The position numbers and the translations under genes are program-made. Under the pieces are notes generated by a model. The model was not told the DNA's origin, made no database searches, and saw only the letters and a list, made by a program, of their open reading frames with translations. From positions 4,646,587 through 4,710,586 of the forward strand of contig CM120648.1 in NCBI GenBank assembly GCA_051362555.1: a stretch of DNA of 64,000 nt, written 5' to 3'. This stretch comes from Lingula anatina (taxonomy: Eukaryota > Animalia > Brachiopoda). Of this stretch, positions 38,591 to 51,263 are shown in pieces; within the stretch, counting starts at the first letter, position 1; every line of letters begins with the position of its first letter.

Positions 38591-41059
38591 AAAGAGAGAG
38601 AAAGAGAGAAAGGGGTGGAGGGGGCAGACCGTATATATCTTTAGCTATGTTATGTTTTAAATGTAGGTACCTTATAAGCGCATCACTTACCTGTTGAGTC
38701 AGGTACAAATACCACGTAAGTCCTTAATTGTACCTTTCACTGACTTTAACCTCCTAGTGCACTTAACCGATTCAATAAATGCAGCGTTATAGTTAAAGCA
38801 ACAACTTATGTTTGGTGAGTGACAAATTGCGTTCACACTTGCTCAGCAGCTGGTGTTTCTGTCAAGTCTTCATTAAAGCACAAATCACAAATCTCGCGCT
38901 TTTGAATGAGCGCCCGGTGAGAATACCGTGATTCATGCACTGTTCAAATCAAAGTGTTATCTGGATATAATACCATTAAGCAGAGTAATCGTATTCACAA
39001 ATTGCATCACAGACAGAAATAGTGCTGATCTATGCGTGTCAACAGGTAATGTACGTATTCACAGTGGCCTCTTTAACGTACAGAATTGCAATAACCGCAT
39101 CCGTATCTAAGGTCTGTGTCACTTAGTTAAAAACGAGGCAAATATATGGAGAAAGGCCCAGCAGCCAGTCAGATAGACTTTGTCATTCTCAAGGCAAGTT
39201 AAACAAGTTAATAGTTAACTTAAATACTGCCATTTATGGAGTGTGGAGAGGATTGAGGTTATAGAGATAGCGTCCAATACGATAATAAGAGTGACGTCAC
39301 ACGACCATTCAGTAGAGACCGGATAATAAATCACTTAATCGCTGACATAATTAGATGGAAATAGGCCTTACCTAACCAGTCGGATTTACTTGTAACACAC
39401 ACACATCGAACGACGTATGAGAGAGAGAGGGAGAAAGATAGAGAGAGAGAGTTTTCATCTTTCAAAGCCAACTTCACATAAAAGTAAAATGCCTGACCAG
39501 AAATCCTATATATACACAGAACATTTGGAAAAGATGTATTCTCGTTCATCACCATATGAACATCTGAGTTGAACATGGCGGTATAATTGTCAAAGTAGTA
39601 ATCTGAAATGATTCAAGATTCCCGATTGATATAAATCGGCAGTTATGCTCTAAGCTATTACGTTTTAAGGATTTTCATTTCTCACGGAACGAAACTGCAG
39701 CTGTTTTATACCTTGCGCAAAATCTGTATGATGACAGACTAAGACTAGAGCTCCTTTTGTGCTTCTTGCGACATCACTTGGTAAAATTAAATGTACCCAT
39801 TTCGAATCCTACATAAATTTGGAAAGTCCACAAAAAGATTGCCTTGCATCCCCTTGCGAAAAATAATTGCTGTCCCTTGGGTTTGTTTTGCCAGTTTGCT
39901 TGTCTTGATTTAATTTAATTTTTTTGAGGACCAAACGCTAAATTCCACAACTCGACTTTCTTTACTCGCCTTCAAAACACCAGTTAATGATCATGATTGA
40001 GCAAGGTCGTAAATGTAAATTTTGAAAATATGGAGATCAAAATAACGCTTTTAATGGTTGCTGTATGACATAGAATCAGCCATGTATTTTCGTTGGGCTG
40101 AGACCACCAATAAAAAAATAAACGACCCTTCAACAAAACAACTAAATAAATATATGAATAAATAAATAAATGTCTTTTTGCAATTTTCCCACCTGATTTA
40201 TTTTCATGTACTATAGTGTCACATGTTAAGGAGAAAAATGATTCCGGAAAACCCTGGAAATAACATCAGGTGATTTCTTCCTTCGACGCGTGCATTTATC
40301 AATCACAGAAAATCGTTATCTTAGACATATTATTTTCTTTTTATTCATATATTTGATAACTGTAATTAATGCTTCTTATTGGCATTAATGCAAAACATAT
40401 AAAGATGACTAAGGGTAATACCTTGACCAAAAAAATACTAGCCAAAAACACATTGAGAGATTTTGAGAATAAAATTGAGTATACTAATGGCAGCTAAGTG
40501 ATGACAATTCCATACATACATGTAAATATTTCCTGGGCACAGTAGAAAAAATGCACAGAATGAGCCAATGGCATATATGTGAATGTCTAGTAAATTATTT
40601 CTGTGGCCCTGGTAGAGGAAGGTTATAAATCCCAGGTGCAGATTGAGGCCGTCTTCTGGGTCTTCCGCAGGACGATCAGATTTTCAAGTATGCATTGATG
40701 GGTATATTTTCTTTTGGGAGATGGTCAAAAATGGAGGATGGATCAACAAAGATAATTTGGAAAACTGTCTGCAAATATCTCTGGATCTGCCCCTGAATCC
40801 TTAAAGGTAACTTCATGCAGCTATATAAAAAATTAAATATTTGGCACAGGTTTGAAGATAAAATATCACCAGTCACCACCTTCATCCAAAGAAATCATTC
40901 AGTAATTTTTCAGTATGTTTGTTCATAATATTGGGGTCTCATTGCCAATCCTCAAATTTTTGGCCTGTAATGTTCGGCCTGCCATGAAAGTCCTTCCCTG
41001 AGTGTTGTGTTAACATCATCATCAACCTTTTTAATTTATCCTAAGATGCCCTGTTGTTC

Positions 41060-44000
41060 TTATTTAGTTTGTTCACGAAATTGAAATCTGACAGTTGATC
41101 CACCAAATTTTGGTCCATAGTGCCCCGCCCAAAACTGAAGGTCCTTTCCTGAGTGCTGATACCAGATGTACCTGACACCTGGTGGGTAATTTTGAAACTT
41201 GTGCTCTATCTGTAACAAAAAGAAACATAATATCAATATTACACCAGGTTAAGAATCTTTGTCTATTTTATCAATTTATATTCTATGAAATGAAAAAAAA
41301 AATGCCTTCTAAACTGATATACATGCCAGAAAAAAAACTCTCATGACTGTATCACAACACATTATTAAGTGATGGCCCAATATCATAAATGGAACAATAT
41401 CATAAATAATATACTATCACAACGAACACAATATTGCATTTCAAATGACACAATATCACACCACAGGTAACACATTGTCACAACTAGCAGAATTTTGCAT
41501 TACAAAGGACACATTACCACAACAAACACAATATCACACCACAAGTGACACGTGGTCACAACTAACACAATATTACATGACAAGTGGCACAATACCACAA
41601 AAAGCATCATGTAATATTATCACATCTAACTCAGCATCACCTTTTCCCAATGCCCTCCTTCCCATTGTTCAACATGTCTCTGCTTGGAGAACTGATCCAG
41701 CACTTTCTGCTTGTCTTCTCCCAGTAACTGAACATGAAGTTTGTACGTACTGCCACAGTCTCTTCTGGCTGTTGTCCTGGAAAGTTGTGCCAAAAATTAT
41801 TAATTACTTAATTAATTGTTTCAGCTATAAGTTCAGCAATGAGTTTGCAGGAGTTTGCAAGAAAAATTTTATTGTTGTTAATTCGCAGCCATATTGCAGG
41901 AAATTTGCTGCAAGAAGGAATTAATTGCAAGTTGCATTTTTTCAAGTACTTATAAATTTAAATATTGACCTACCATTCAGAAATGTAGATGTCGGGTTTA
42001 ATTTGGTCCAAGACAGCCCCAGTACACCCTTCCTTTAACAGATCAATGAGCTGGTGCTTTACACACCAGCCATATGATGTGGCCCAGCAAGTTTCATAGC
42101 CTGAAACAATAATAGTACATGTATCTTTTTATCTCAACTAACACAATATAACAATATCAGGTCGAACACACTAGCAGTAGTTTCACAAATCACAAAATGC
42201 CAAGGCCAAATTTGTGCAACATTTGAAAGAAAATAAATACATGATAATAATCTGTGTGTCAAAAGCTGTCAGGTGTGTCACTTTAAATCAATCTTGTTAT
42301 AAAAGTGGATAAACTAGAGAGTTTGCCGATCAAAGCTTTTTGGCCCAACAATCTGATTAGAACTTGAATCACTACTCTATTTAGAATTTTCAGTTTGCCA
42401 AAAATTATTAACTTAGAAAAAAAAATTGTTAGAATTTTGTACAAGAACATATCATTTCTACACAAAATCTGACCTCTGGCCTAAGGTTTATTTATTCACC
42501 CTCTGAACATGATGTGATGGCTATACCAACATTACTTCTTATCAGTTACTCAAGTTTTATCTAATATCAATTTTGATTTACATGTACAATATTTTGCAAA
42601 TAACTATAATTAATCACACTTTCAAATAAAATCAATTTAAAATTAAACACAATCAAATGCTAATCAATTCCATTGTTTGATTTTGACACAAAATCTGCCT
42701 CTTTAAAGCAAAATATCCTTTCCAAGATAATCAAATTCATGTCCTGCTATACCCTCTTCCTTCATTCCATCACAAGGATAACTCCCTGGGGCACATGGAT
42801 TAGAGGTCTCTACTTTAAATTGATTGCCACCATTTTCTTCTATGGTCCAATGAAGTTTGCCATCTAAACATAATTAATCATTGAAATAACTGAGAGATGT
42901 CCAGAAATTATTGACTGGTAGATTTTTCTGACAGTATGTTTTGTTAAAGAACAATAATTAACAAAACATACTTTAGACAGGTAAAAAGACAAGTATGTCT
43001 TCTGCACAAGATGGGTGCATGAAACACACATGCCTTTCTATCATAATATAAATGATACAATGATGCCATTGTCTCTGAAACATAGTTTGCACAAAAATAT
43101 ATAACGTACATTTTTCAATTTATCTCAGCAGATTAGATTCTAATTTTTCTGATCAAATCAAAAATATCAGAGATAATAATAATAATAGAAACACTTCGAT
43201 ACAAACATGGGAATCATTTTTGTGAACTACAATGGTACCAAATCAGAGACAATAAGACATTGTACACTGTATAATCAGGGTTAGAATTCACAGCAGCCCA
43301 GAGATCACTTTAATTTATTATGTGGCAGCAGCTTTTTCACAAGTAAAGGCTTCCTAGTAATTGGGAAACGATGCTATACTGGTAGCTAACAATTAAATTC
43401 CAGCTGTGCACAAAAAACCTGAAAAACCCTTCTGTGCAAACTGTAACAGAAACATGACCTTTCAGGAATGAGCTGATCCTTGGGCTAGTGCGAGAAATGA
43501 TAATTTGTTAAGTCTAACCCTGACCTGAAGTCGACCCAACACTCACCCTCCTCGTGCAAACAAGTAAATGGATCACAAAATGTCGACTCTGTCTCCACTG
43601 TGAACCTGTCCCCACCATTCTCCTCCACCTCCCAGCACAGTAGACCATCGTTAAGGAGACAAGTGGATTAAATATTTAGTGCACACAACACAGTATAAGG
43701 AAAGAAGGAGATAACTAGTATATAATGTGACCTAGGTTTAACATATACAAGAAACTGGGATTTTGATTTGACATTTTCAATGCATCGGGTCACTGGACGA
43801 TGTCACATTTTGTTATAATTGATGAAAATGGACTTTCCATCAAGACAATTATTTTCCCATCAAAAAGATTGAAGAATTACCGTAACTCAAGCACAGATAT
43901 TACCAGTACTTGTGGATCATCGTTTAGTGATAAACTGTACATCACTTTAAATCCCCATTACTCCCCTGCATCATAACTTCCCCCTGTTAATCATTATGTT

Positions 44001-45512
44001 TACTTTAAATATGTTTACTGTAGTAAATACCAAAACCTGGAAGAAACACATTTTTCAAACTGTCATTCAAAAACAGATGAGGGGGAGTAATGATACAGGC
44101 CGTGATGGATAATAAAATCATAATTTTGTTAGGAGGAGTAGCAATGCCAGGAAGAAATGGTATTGGGGTGTAATGATGTGGGGATGTAAAAGCGATGGCC
44201 TCATTCATAATAGAGACATTGTGCTCTATAGAAGGTACTGTACTATAGAAGGTACTGTACTAGCACCAGTGCTAGCAGATGTGCTTGTTGTTGTGTCCAC
44301 TTGATGGGCCATATGCCTGGTGACTGTCTTTTCTTTTAAGACCGAAAATTATGTGCTGACCTTTGATAAAGCACGGAGGGCTACATTCTGCAAACTAAGA
44401 ATCAGCGCTCACTCACTCCATATTGAGAAGGGGAGGAACAGTAAACCCCCAACCCCACCCCATCTAAGATTATGTCAAGTCTGTAATTCCGGAGAGGTTG
44501 AAGATGAAGTGCATTTTATTCTGAAATGCGAGGCCTATAAGGAACTACGGGCGGCTTTCTACGAAAATATAAGTTTCCTATGTAATACTAATGCCCTCTC
44601 TCCCCCGGATATGTTTATACACATCATGAATACAAAAGAAATGGATGTGATTACGCCCCTCCTCATATTTGTACAGAAATGCATGGAGAAGAGAGTAAGT
44701 CTTTCTGCGCATGTCCAAACCAGATCATAGTACCAGTGTGAGACCCGTTATGCGCTGTCAGCAGAGACTGGGCGTGTAGATCAAACCTGGTAAATTGATT
44801 ATGGAATGCGACATTCGTATACATGTGTACAGTCACTGATTTCAACAATTGCTAATCTATATGTATATATATATATATTTATTTATCTATTTATTTGTCT
44901 GTTCTATGTTCTAGCCACTAGTATCGTATTGTAATTGATTGTACCTTTATGTGAAGGTGTTTGTCAATAAAGAATCTGAATCTGAATCTGAATCTTTTAT
45001 GTCTGTACTACTCGTTTTTTTTTCACTTTTTATAGTACAGTAATTAAGTACACTTATAGTTTCCTACATACAGAGTACAGAGGTACAACGTACAGGTGCA
45101 CACACGCACAGGTACATTGTACGCATGTACCGGTACAGTATAAATCTTCACAAATACGAGTTATTTAAAATAGTCCAGTTGTGAAGATTTTACCCTCAAT
45201 CTAATAAAGACAGCAACATCAATTACCTTTTCCACTCGGGTTTTTGACCAGATTCCTGTTATATGGGTTTTTAAAGTAATAGTCCTTAAAATCTGCTGGC
45301 GGCGGACCCATTAAACGTGGAACATAAAACCGCTCACGTAAGCATTTCAGTCGCCACAGAGTGTTTCCGTCCACGATGTCTTTCCACTGATGACACACAA
45401 GACGACAGGTGTTAATGAGAAAGTCCGCTGGAAGATAGGATAATACACCTGTCAATGATTCCGGTGTTAAGTTTGTCAAATCGAGTATATCACACGATAA
45501 ACCTTCAGCCAT
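41060..45512 (-). CDS. F-box protein with FBA sugar-binding domain (FBXO2/FBXO6/FBXO44 family). Exons 45227-45512, 43547-43648, 41974-42100, 41641-41776, 41060-41209
   Basis: F-box LTPESLTGVLSYLPADFLINTCRLVCHQWKDIVD. FBA motifs RNLVKNP, WEVEENGGD, ATSYGWCVKHQLIDL, PDIYISEW, ARRDCGSTY and YPPGVRYIWYQHSGKDLQFWAGHYGPK. The exon 2 acceptor is non-canonical (see findings). Confidence 0.9.
41400..41620. repeat. Degenerate ~39-bp minisatellite in the last F-box intron
   Basis: Recurring ACACAATATCACACCACAAGTGACAC...CACAACTA units. Confidence 0.65.
43276..43522. mobile_element. hAT-like MITE
   Basis: TIRs CAGGGTTAGAATT / AAGTCTAACCCTG. No TSD recognisable. Confidence 0.55.
44335..44995 (+). mobile_element. 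5'-truncated non-LTR retrotransposon (CR1/L2-group 3' end) in F-box intron 1
   Basis: ORF2 C-terminal motif KLRISAHSLHIEKGR...RLCQVCNSGEVEDEVHFILKC, followed by a 3' UTR, AATAAA (44966-44971) and a (GAATCT)4 tail. Confidence 0.85.
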
Positions 45513-45829
45513 CGTGAAAAAAATTGACTTCCTTGTTTTCTTTCACTTTCATCAACTTCTTTTACAAAAGATCGGTTATTTCGATGACAAGCTTAAACTA
45601 GCGTTATTAATCAGTAATTTAATTTATAATTCGGTTCAAAACTTCAAACCACCTACATTAAATAGAAAGCGTAATGCGAAAATGGCATAAATTTTATCTA
45701 ATAATGGTGATTCTTTAATACAATTTTGAAGCTTGTCTTGATAAGCTGACGTCATCAGACAACGACAGTAAACAATATGGCGGATGGTTGACAGGTGCGA
45801 GCATACGTGCAGAGAAATAATACTTTACC
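45513..45829. promoter_or_regulatory. Putative bidirectional promoter between the F-box and centrin-like genes
   Basis: The two ATGs diverge with 317 bp between them, in a locally CpG-retaining stretch. CRE TGACGTCA 45747-45754, forkhead GTAAACAA 45768-45775 and YY1-like AATATGGCGG 45774-45783. Confidence 0.65.
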
Positions 45830-48723
45830 ATGCCTGGAAAGAAGAAAGGAAAGGGAAAGAAAAAGGGTAAAAAGGGAAAGAAGTCAGGGAAGAAGTCGAA
45901 GTCTCCGGGGGCCGAAACACCAAGACCCGATCCCCTGACGCCCGAAGTCGCACAGCCTTTTGTAAAAATAGGAGAGAGCGTAAGTCCACATTGTGGAGTT
46001 TGTCTCCTTACCCCTATGGAAATACTTAATAACACATGATGCAGGTATTCTTGGCATGCTATATATTTATGCAAACATGGTTATGGTTATACATCTAATA
46101 TCTTCAGGTCTGTGGGAGCAATTTCAAAGAGGAGGGGGCATTTTTCTTAAAAAACTTCACCCTATTTTGCAATTAAATCTACGTTTGTTCATTAAAGCAA
46201 AACCAATTTTTATTTACCAGTGGTCCTATCTATGGGAGAAAGTGTGAGTCGTTTGGAATTCCCCAACCTCCTTGCCTCAGTTTTTGGCCTTACTGGTGTG
46301 AGTACTGCACGTGCTCCCTCAGTACTACCGGTACATGGACTAGAAGTATACCAGGGTACACTGTGCATACATGTGTATAAAGGTACTAGTACATGTACAT
46401 GTACCAGTGCATGTAGGTACTGGTACGTACCACTGCAATTGCCTATAGCATGTAAGGGCTAAAACTGAGGCAACCAACCCTCTCTCTGCCCCCTCCAATA
46501 CTGGTATATGCTATGTGCTAATAGTTATAATACTAGTAAAATTAATATTCATGGAATATTCAAGATTATTTACATTTCTACTGAGCAAAAAAATATTGCA
46601 CAAGCACAGGATATTACTGGAATAAATGCATTTACTCATTACTTTTGAAAATTAATATGTAGTACGAGTATAATTGATTCTTTCTCATTGTCTGCTCTTG
46701 CACCAACTGAACTGAACTAGTTCTCAGCACAAAAGTACATGTTACACACTAGAGAAAACTGCAGCTTCAACAGTACACATACCAGTATATATACATCATA
46801 TTTCATTGAAAGCATTTGTATTTTTTCCTTTTCAAGCTGGTGAACCTGTTGAAAAAAAATGAAGTTAGTGACAAAGAAGTCCACGGTGTTAAAGTCTCAG
46901 GAATAGTTTTGGATGAGCTGACGGCACAGGATATCAGAGACCTGAAAGTCATATTTGATGTCTTTGATTCGAATAGTGATGGGTAGGTCAAACATTGTGC
47001 TTAGCAGTTATAATGCTATACATAAAATTATTAATTATTACAGGTATTTATTTTATATTGTTGCTGGACGACTACTGTCTAGTACTTTTGGGCACATGAA
47101 ACAAACTCTACAAGATCATGAAATTGTAGGAGATAATTTCTCAATCTTCTAGGTTGCAAAGTTTTTCTGTACGTTGCATTTAACAATATTAGTACAAGAA
47201 CCTACTTGTGCATATTTTCAAACAAATCACAGACCCCTTTTGCTACTCATGAAATACTACATTGTACTTTTAAAACCAAAGAAACCAGTAGATCATCTTT
47301 TGATTATACTTACTGATAACCTTTGGAGTGATTGTCAGTATCAGATAAAACCAAATAAACATACTTGGTATTTTGACAGTTAACTTATTATACATGGCAT
47401 TCTCACATTCTTTTTATTTTCTCTAGGAGAATAAATGCTATGGAACTCCGTCGAGCATTAAAAGCACTCGGGTTTAAAGTGACCAAAGTGGAAGCTAGAC
47501 AAATGATACAAGAAGGAACTGTGAAACACGGAGCGTGAGTAGAATACAGGACCATTCCCAGACCCTATCGTACTAACTGTAGATCAATCTATCTCCAAGG
47601 GGATTCTCGCTAAATTGCAATCAACTAAATTGGCTTAGATGTCTCTCATGCCTACTGAAGCTGCTAGGAGTAATTAATAATTATTTAGCAGCTTCACTAG
47701 GCATGCAAGACATCTAAGCTGCTTAAGCTGAAAGCAATTTAGCGAGAAAACCCTTGGAGATGGATCGATCCTGTTAGATCGATCTAGGTATGGGAACCCA
47801 GTCTTACACATGTTTCTCATAATGCTAAAATGGCTGTTGTTCTGCCCTGTTTTAGCTTTTTAGCCTGGGAGCAAACCTTTTTAGACTCAGCAATATGGGA
47901 GAGGGAGGGTGGGAGGGCAAATACATGTACTTAGTAGCTCTATTGTCATGTTGTCTACTTGAAGTTGGGCATTGGTTGACTGGAGTGTGGTAAGTGGTTA
48001 ATTATTGGGACTGATGTGGTTTAAAAGTGATCAATCTAAAAAGGGAGGCTAGAACTTACTGGATTGATAAAGAAAAGAGGTACTGCTTATTTGTTTGTAT
48101 TCATACATATTTTTATAAGCTAGGTGCAGTACTAACTCAGATAATTATACCTATTTCAGCTATGCATCTTTTAATGACTTCCTAGAGTTTGTAATTGGCA
48201 AGCAAGGGGATTCTAGAGATGTCCATGAAGAAATTGTCAAGGGCTTCAAGATGTTTGATTATGGTAAGTTGAACTGTGAAATATATATAAAAAAAAAAAG
48301 ATACCTGGTACATGCATCAAATTATCTTACAATAGAAAATAAATGATTGAATGAATAAATAGATTCGTGTTGCATTTGCTGGAATTATACTGTTGTGTAC
48401 TCGTGTAATATATCAGCAATTTTCACCCAGAATTTGACAATCCAGAATTATACATTTCAAAAACACTTTCCAAGGCAAAATACAGCGTATGTCAGATACA
48501 ATCTATTAAAAGTATAGCTATAGTATTTCTTATTTCATTATTTTCAGACAAGACAGGGAAAATCACTATGGACAACTTAAGGAGAGCATGCAGAGAGGCA
48601 GGAGTCAAGTTTACGGAAAGAGAACTAACAGACATGGTGGATGAGGCAGACATTAATGGAGATGGAATGGTGGACGAACATGAATTTATAAGAATCATGC
48701 TGCAGACTAATTTGTTCTGTTGA
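45830..48723 (+). CDS. Centrin/caltractin-like EF-hand protein, 227 aa. Exons 45830-45979, 46837-46982, 47427-47534, 48160-48263, 48548-48723
   Basis: FDVFDSNSDGRINAMELRRALKALGF, EEIVKGFKMFDYDKTGKITMDNLRRAC and MVDEADINGDGMVDEHEFIRIMLQTNLF follow the centrin pattern. Junctions are GT-AG and phase-consistent. Confidence 0.9.
46272..46473. mobile_element. MITE in centrin-like intron 1
   Basis: TIRs TTGCCTCAGTTTTTGGCCTTAC / GTAAGGGCTAAAACTGAGGCAA. Imperfect flanking repeat CCAACCTCC / CCAACCCTC; GTAC-rich interior. Confidence 0.65.
47548..47803. mobile_element. Palindromic MITE family, copy C (centrin-like intron 3)
   Basis: AGGACCATTCCCA...ATGGGAACCCAGTC ends; arms TTCTCGCTAAATTGC / GCAATTTAGCGAGAA and TGAAGCTGCTA / TAGCAGCTTCA. 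Confidence 0.8.
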
Positions 48724-49585
48724 AAAAGTGACTTTTAAAATATTCGTTATGTTTTAAAACATTGATATCATTACTAGACATTGTCACCGTAGCATTATTT
48801 TACATATGGTGATACATGTACAGTTGGTGATACATGTACAGTTGTACATGTACCAGCTACATGTACATGTGCTAAGACAGCTTCTTTAAAATTTTAAAAT
48901 TTGCAAGTGTTTTTGATTACTAGTACTGTACATGTATGTTGCAGCTGTAGAAAGGTCAGTTTGAAGTTATAGATTATTTTCGTCACATATTGACAAATAA
49001 ATTTCAAAATATGTGAAACTTTCATTTACATGTACATTTATACTTGTGTAAAATTTTAGGATAACAATATGATACAGTTACATGTACATACATGTATTTA
49101 TGCATGGTGAAAGAAATATATATTTTCACCATGACAAATATTTATAACAAGTTTTTAATAAAAAAAAAATGAAATCTATTTGTTTTATTGTGTAGCAACA
49201 CTGTGCCTTCAAGAGTTGTGAAAATAAATAAATTAAAGATCTACATCTGTACTTTCATACAGCACAGGTGTGAAATACCTGCTATATACGGAAATTAAGA
49301 GTTTATATTGTGCAAACTTTGTAAAATGAAATCTTTTAAAATGGGAAAAATACATTTGGGGAAAACTTTAGAAGATCGGAGAGAACACCGTATTAAATAA
49401 TGTAAATTGAGCCACAATAAATATATCTTTCAAAATTCGATCGCTATTAGAAAGATTGTGATAGCTGTGCCACATTCTTTTCAATAACAGCTAGCGCATT
49501 TATGAACTCTTTTAATGTTCAAGGAAAGAAAAGACAAGATACTGAATATTTCTACCTCCTTTTAAAAACGAAGCTAAAATGCACG

Positions 49586-51229
49586 ATGGCTCATAGACAT
49601 TTCGAAGGTGCTGGTCATGTGATTGCATACGCCAAGTATAGACCCCACTGGACCAAAAACATCGTAGACAGAGTAATAGCATATCTTCAGGAAAAGGTAT
49701 ATTGAACTGCATCAAAATTAATTGCTAACTGTCCTGGCGCAATTGGAATGCCAGTGGAGCTTGGTTATCAGAATTTCAGCGCAGTGAAATTATTAGATAT
49801 AAATTGTATTGATGAAATAGATCGCGCAGCTTGCATCATTGCAGTTTAGATCTACCGGGGGAGGGGGGTATTTGTTAGGTAACTGCAACATAATTATAAT
49901 AGGTTTTGAAAATAAAACGATGACATCTTAAGTCATAAGGAATAAAATGAACAATGATAGTAAAATTACGGCAAAGTGGACTTTGACCAGGTACATTTTT
50001 TGCAGTAGCATACGTGGACGGGGTCTCATCAAAAGGATTTTGTTACTATTTATATTATTTCCCTTCTTTTTCTTCTCATTAAATGATAATTCTATACATA
50101 ATTATCAGTAGAGAATGAAAGAACGGTCATACAAGTACTAGTAACATTTTCATTAGCTCTATAGATTCCGATTATATTTAAAGATAAGAGTGTCCATGCA
50201 GCTTTTTAAATCTGAAGAACTGTCTTGTTCCATATGTACATCTATAAAGTTAGATAAAACCAAACAGCTTTGAATATTTGAAGAACATTTTTTTGGCCGC
50301 ATATTTTTTGTTATCCTCACATTTTACACTTTCCAGCTTCCTGCACCGTACAACCAAGCTCTGGACGTTGGTTGTGGATCTGGGCAGTTCACACACTTGC
50401 TAGCACCGCACTTCAATCATGTGACAGGAATTGACGTCAGCGACAACCAGATACTGCAAGCCAACAACAAGAACGACATGAGCAATGTTACGTTTAAGTA
50501 TGTGTGTTAATTGTTTTTGTTATAAATTAGTGTAATTATCACACACTATAAAGTGGTTGTATAATGAGTATTGCTAGTAAAATTTTTTTCTGAATAAATT
50601 TTGGGGAAAATGGATCATTTGTCAAAAAAAAAAAAAAAAAAAAAAAAAAACATACATGTGTTTTCTTTTGCTTATTTTATTTAATATTTTATCATAATTT
50701 ATCATTATTATAATTATGATTTGCTGAAGAATTGTATCACTTTTGATCTGATATATTTTTAGTTGAGATGAAAAGATGCAGCAGAAGCAGATGAAAAATA
50801 CAGTCTTTCCCTGATTCAGGTTTGATATATCTGGCCCTGATGGCTATATTTCAGGAAGGGCAGTGGAGAGAGTTTTCCTGTTGATGACCACTCTGTAGAC
50901 CTAGTGACCAGTGCCCAAGCTGCCCACTGGTTCGATCTGGACAAGTTCTATGCTGAGACTGAGCGGGTGTTGAGACCACATGGTTGTGTAGCGTTGCTGG
51001 GGTATGCTGTCCCTGTGTTAGACTCCAACCCTAACGGGGAGCTACTGAGTAAATATATTAGAGATGTAAGTTTTTTAAATAACAGTAAGAGGTTTATTGT
51101 TCCATCTTTATTTTTTGCTGTTGTTTGTGTCTGTGTGTGCTCGTGCATGTGTGTGCGTGTGTGAGTGTGTGTCTGTTATTTGTAGCCTGTATTAAAGCAG
51201 GAGATCAAATTTTATACATAATTTTTCCC

Positions 51230-51263
<34 letters not shown>

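Noticed and set aside
6114-38644. Many short ORFs with SLSLSL, ERERER, HTHTHT or IIII runs
   Set aside because: These are translations of (AG)n, (AC)n and (AAT)n microsatellites.
41445-41924. 159-aa plus-strand ORF with a repetitive N-terminus
   Set aside because: It arises from the 39-bp minisatellite plus the antisense of F-box exon 4.
42932-42972. 15-bp perfect inverted repeat AGTATGTTTTGTTAA / TTAACAAAACATACT
   Set aside because: Short, AT-rich, single occurrence, with no support for a miRNA or a mobile element.
48718-48738. Centrin-like gene ends TGT TGA, resembling a Cys-Sec motif
   Set aside because: Centrins normally end at this position (TNLF/TSLY) and I see no SECIS-like element downstream. 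The hairpin near 49103-49132 lacks the SECIS core.
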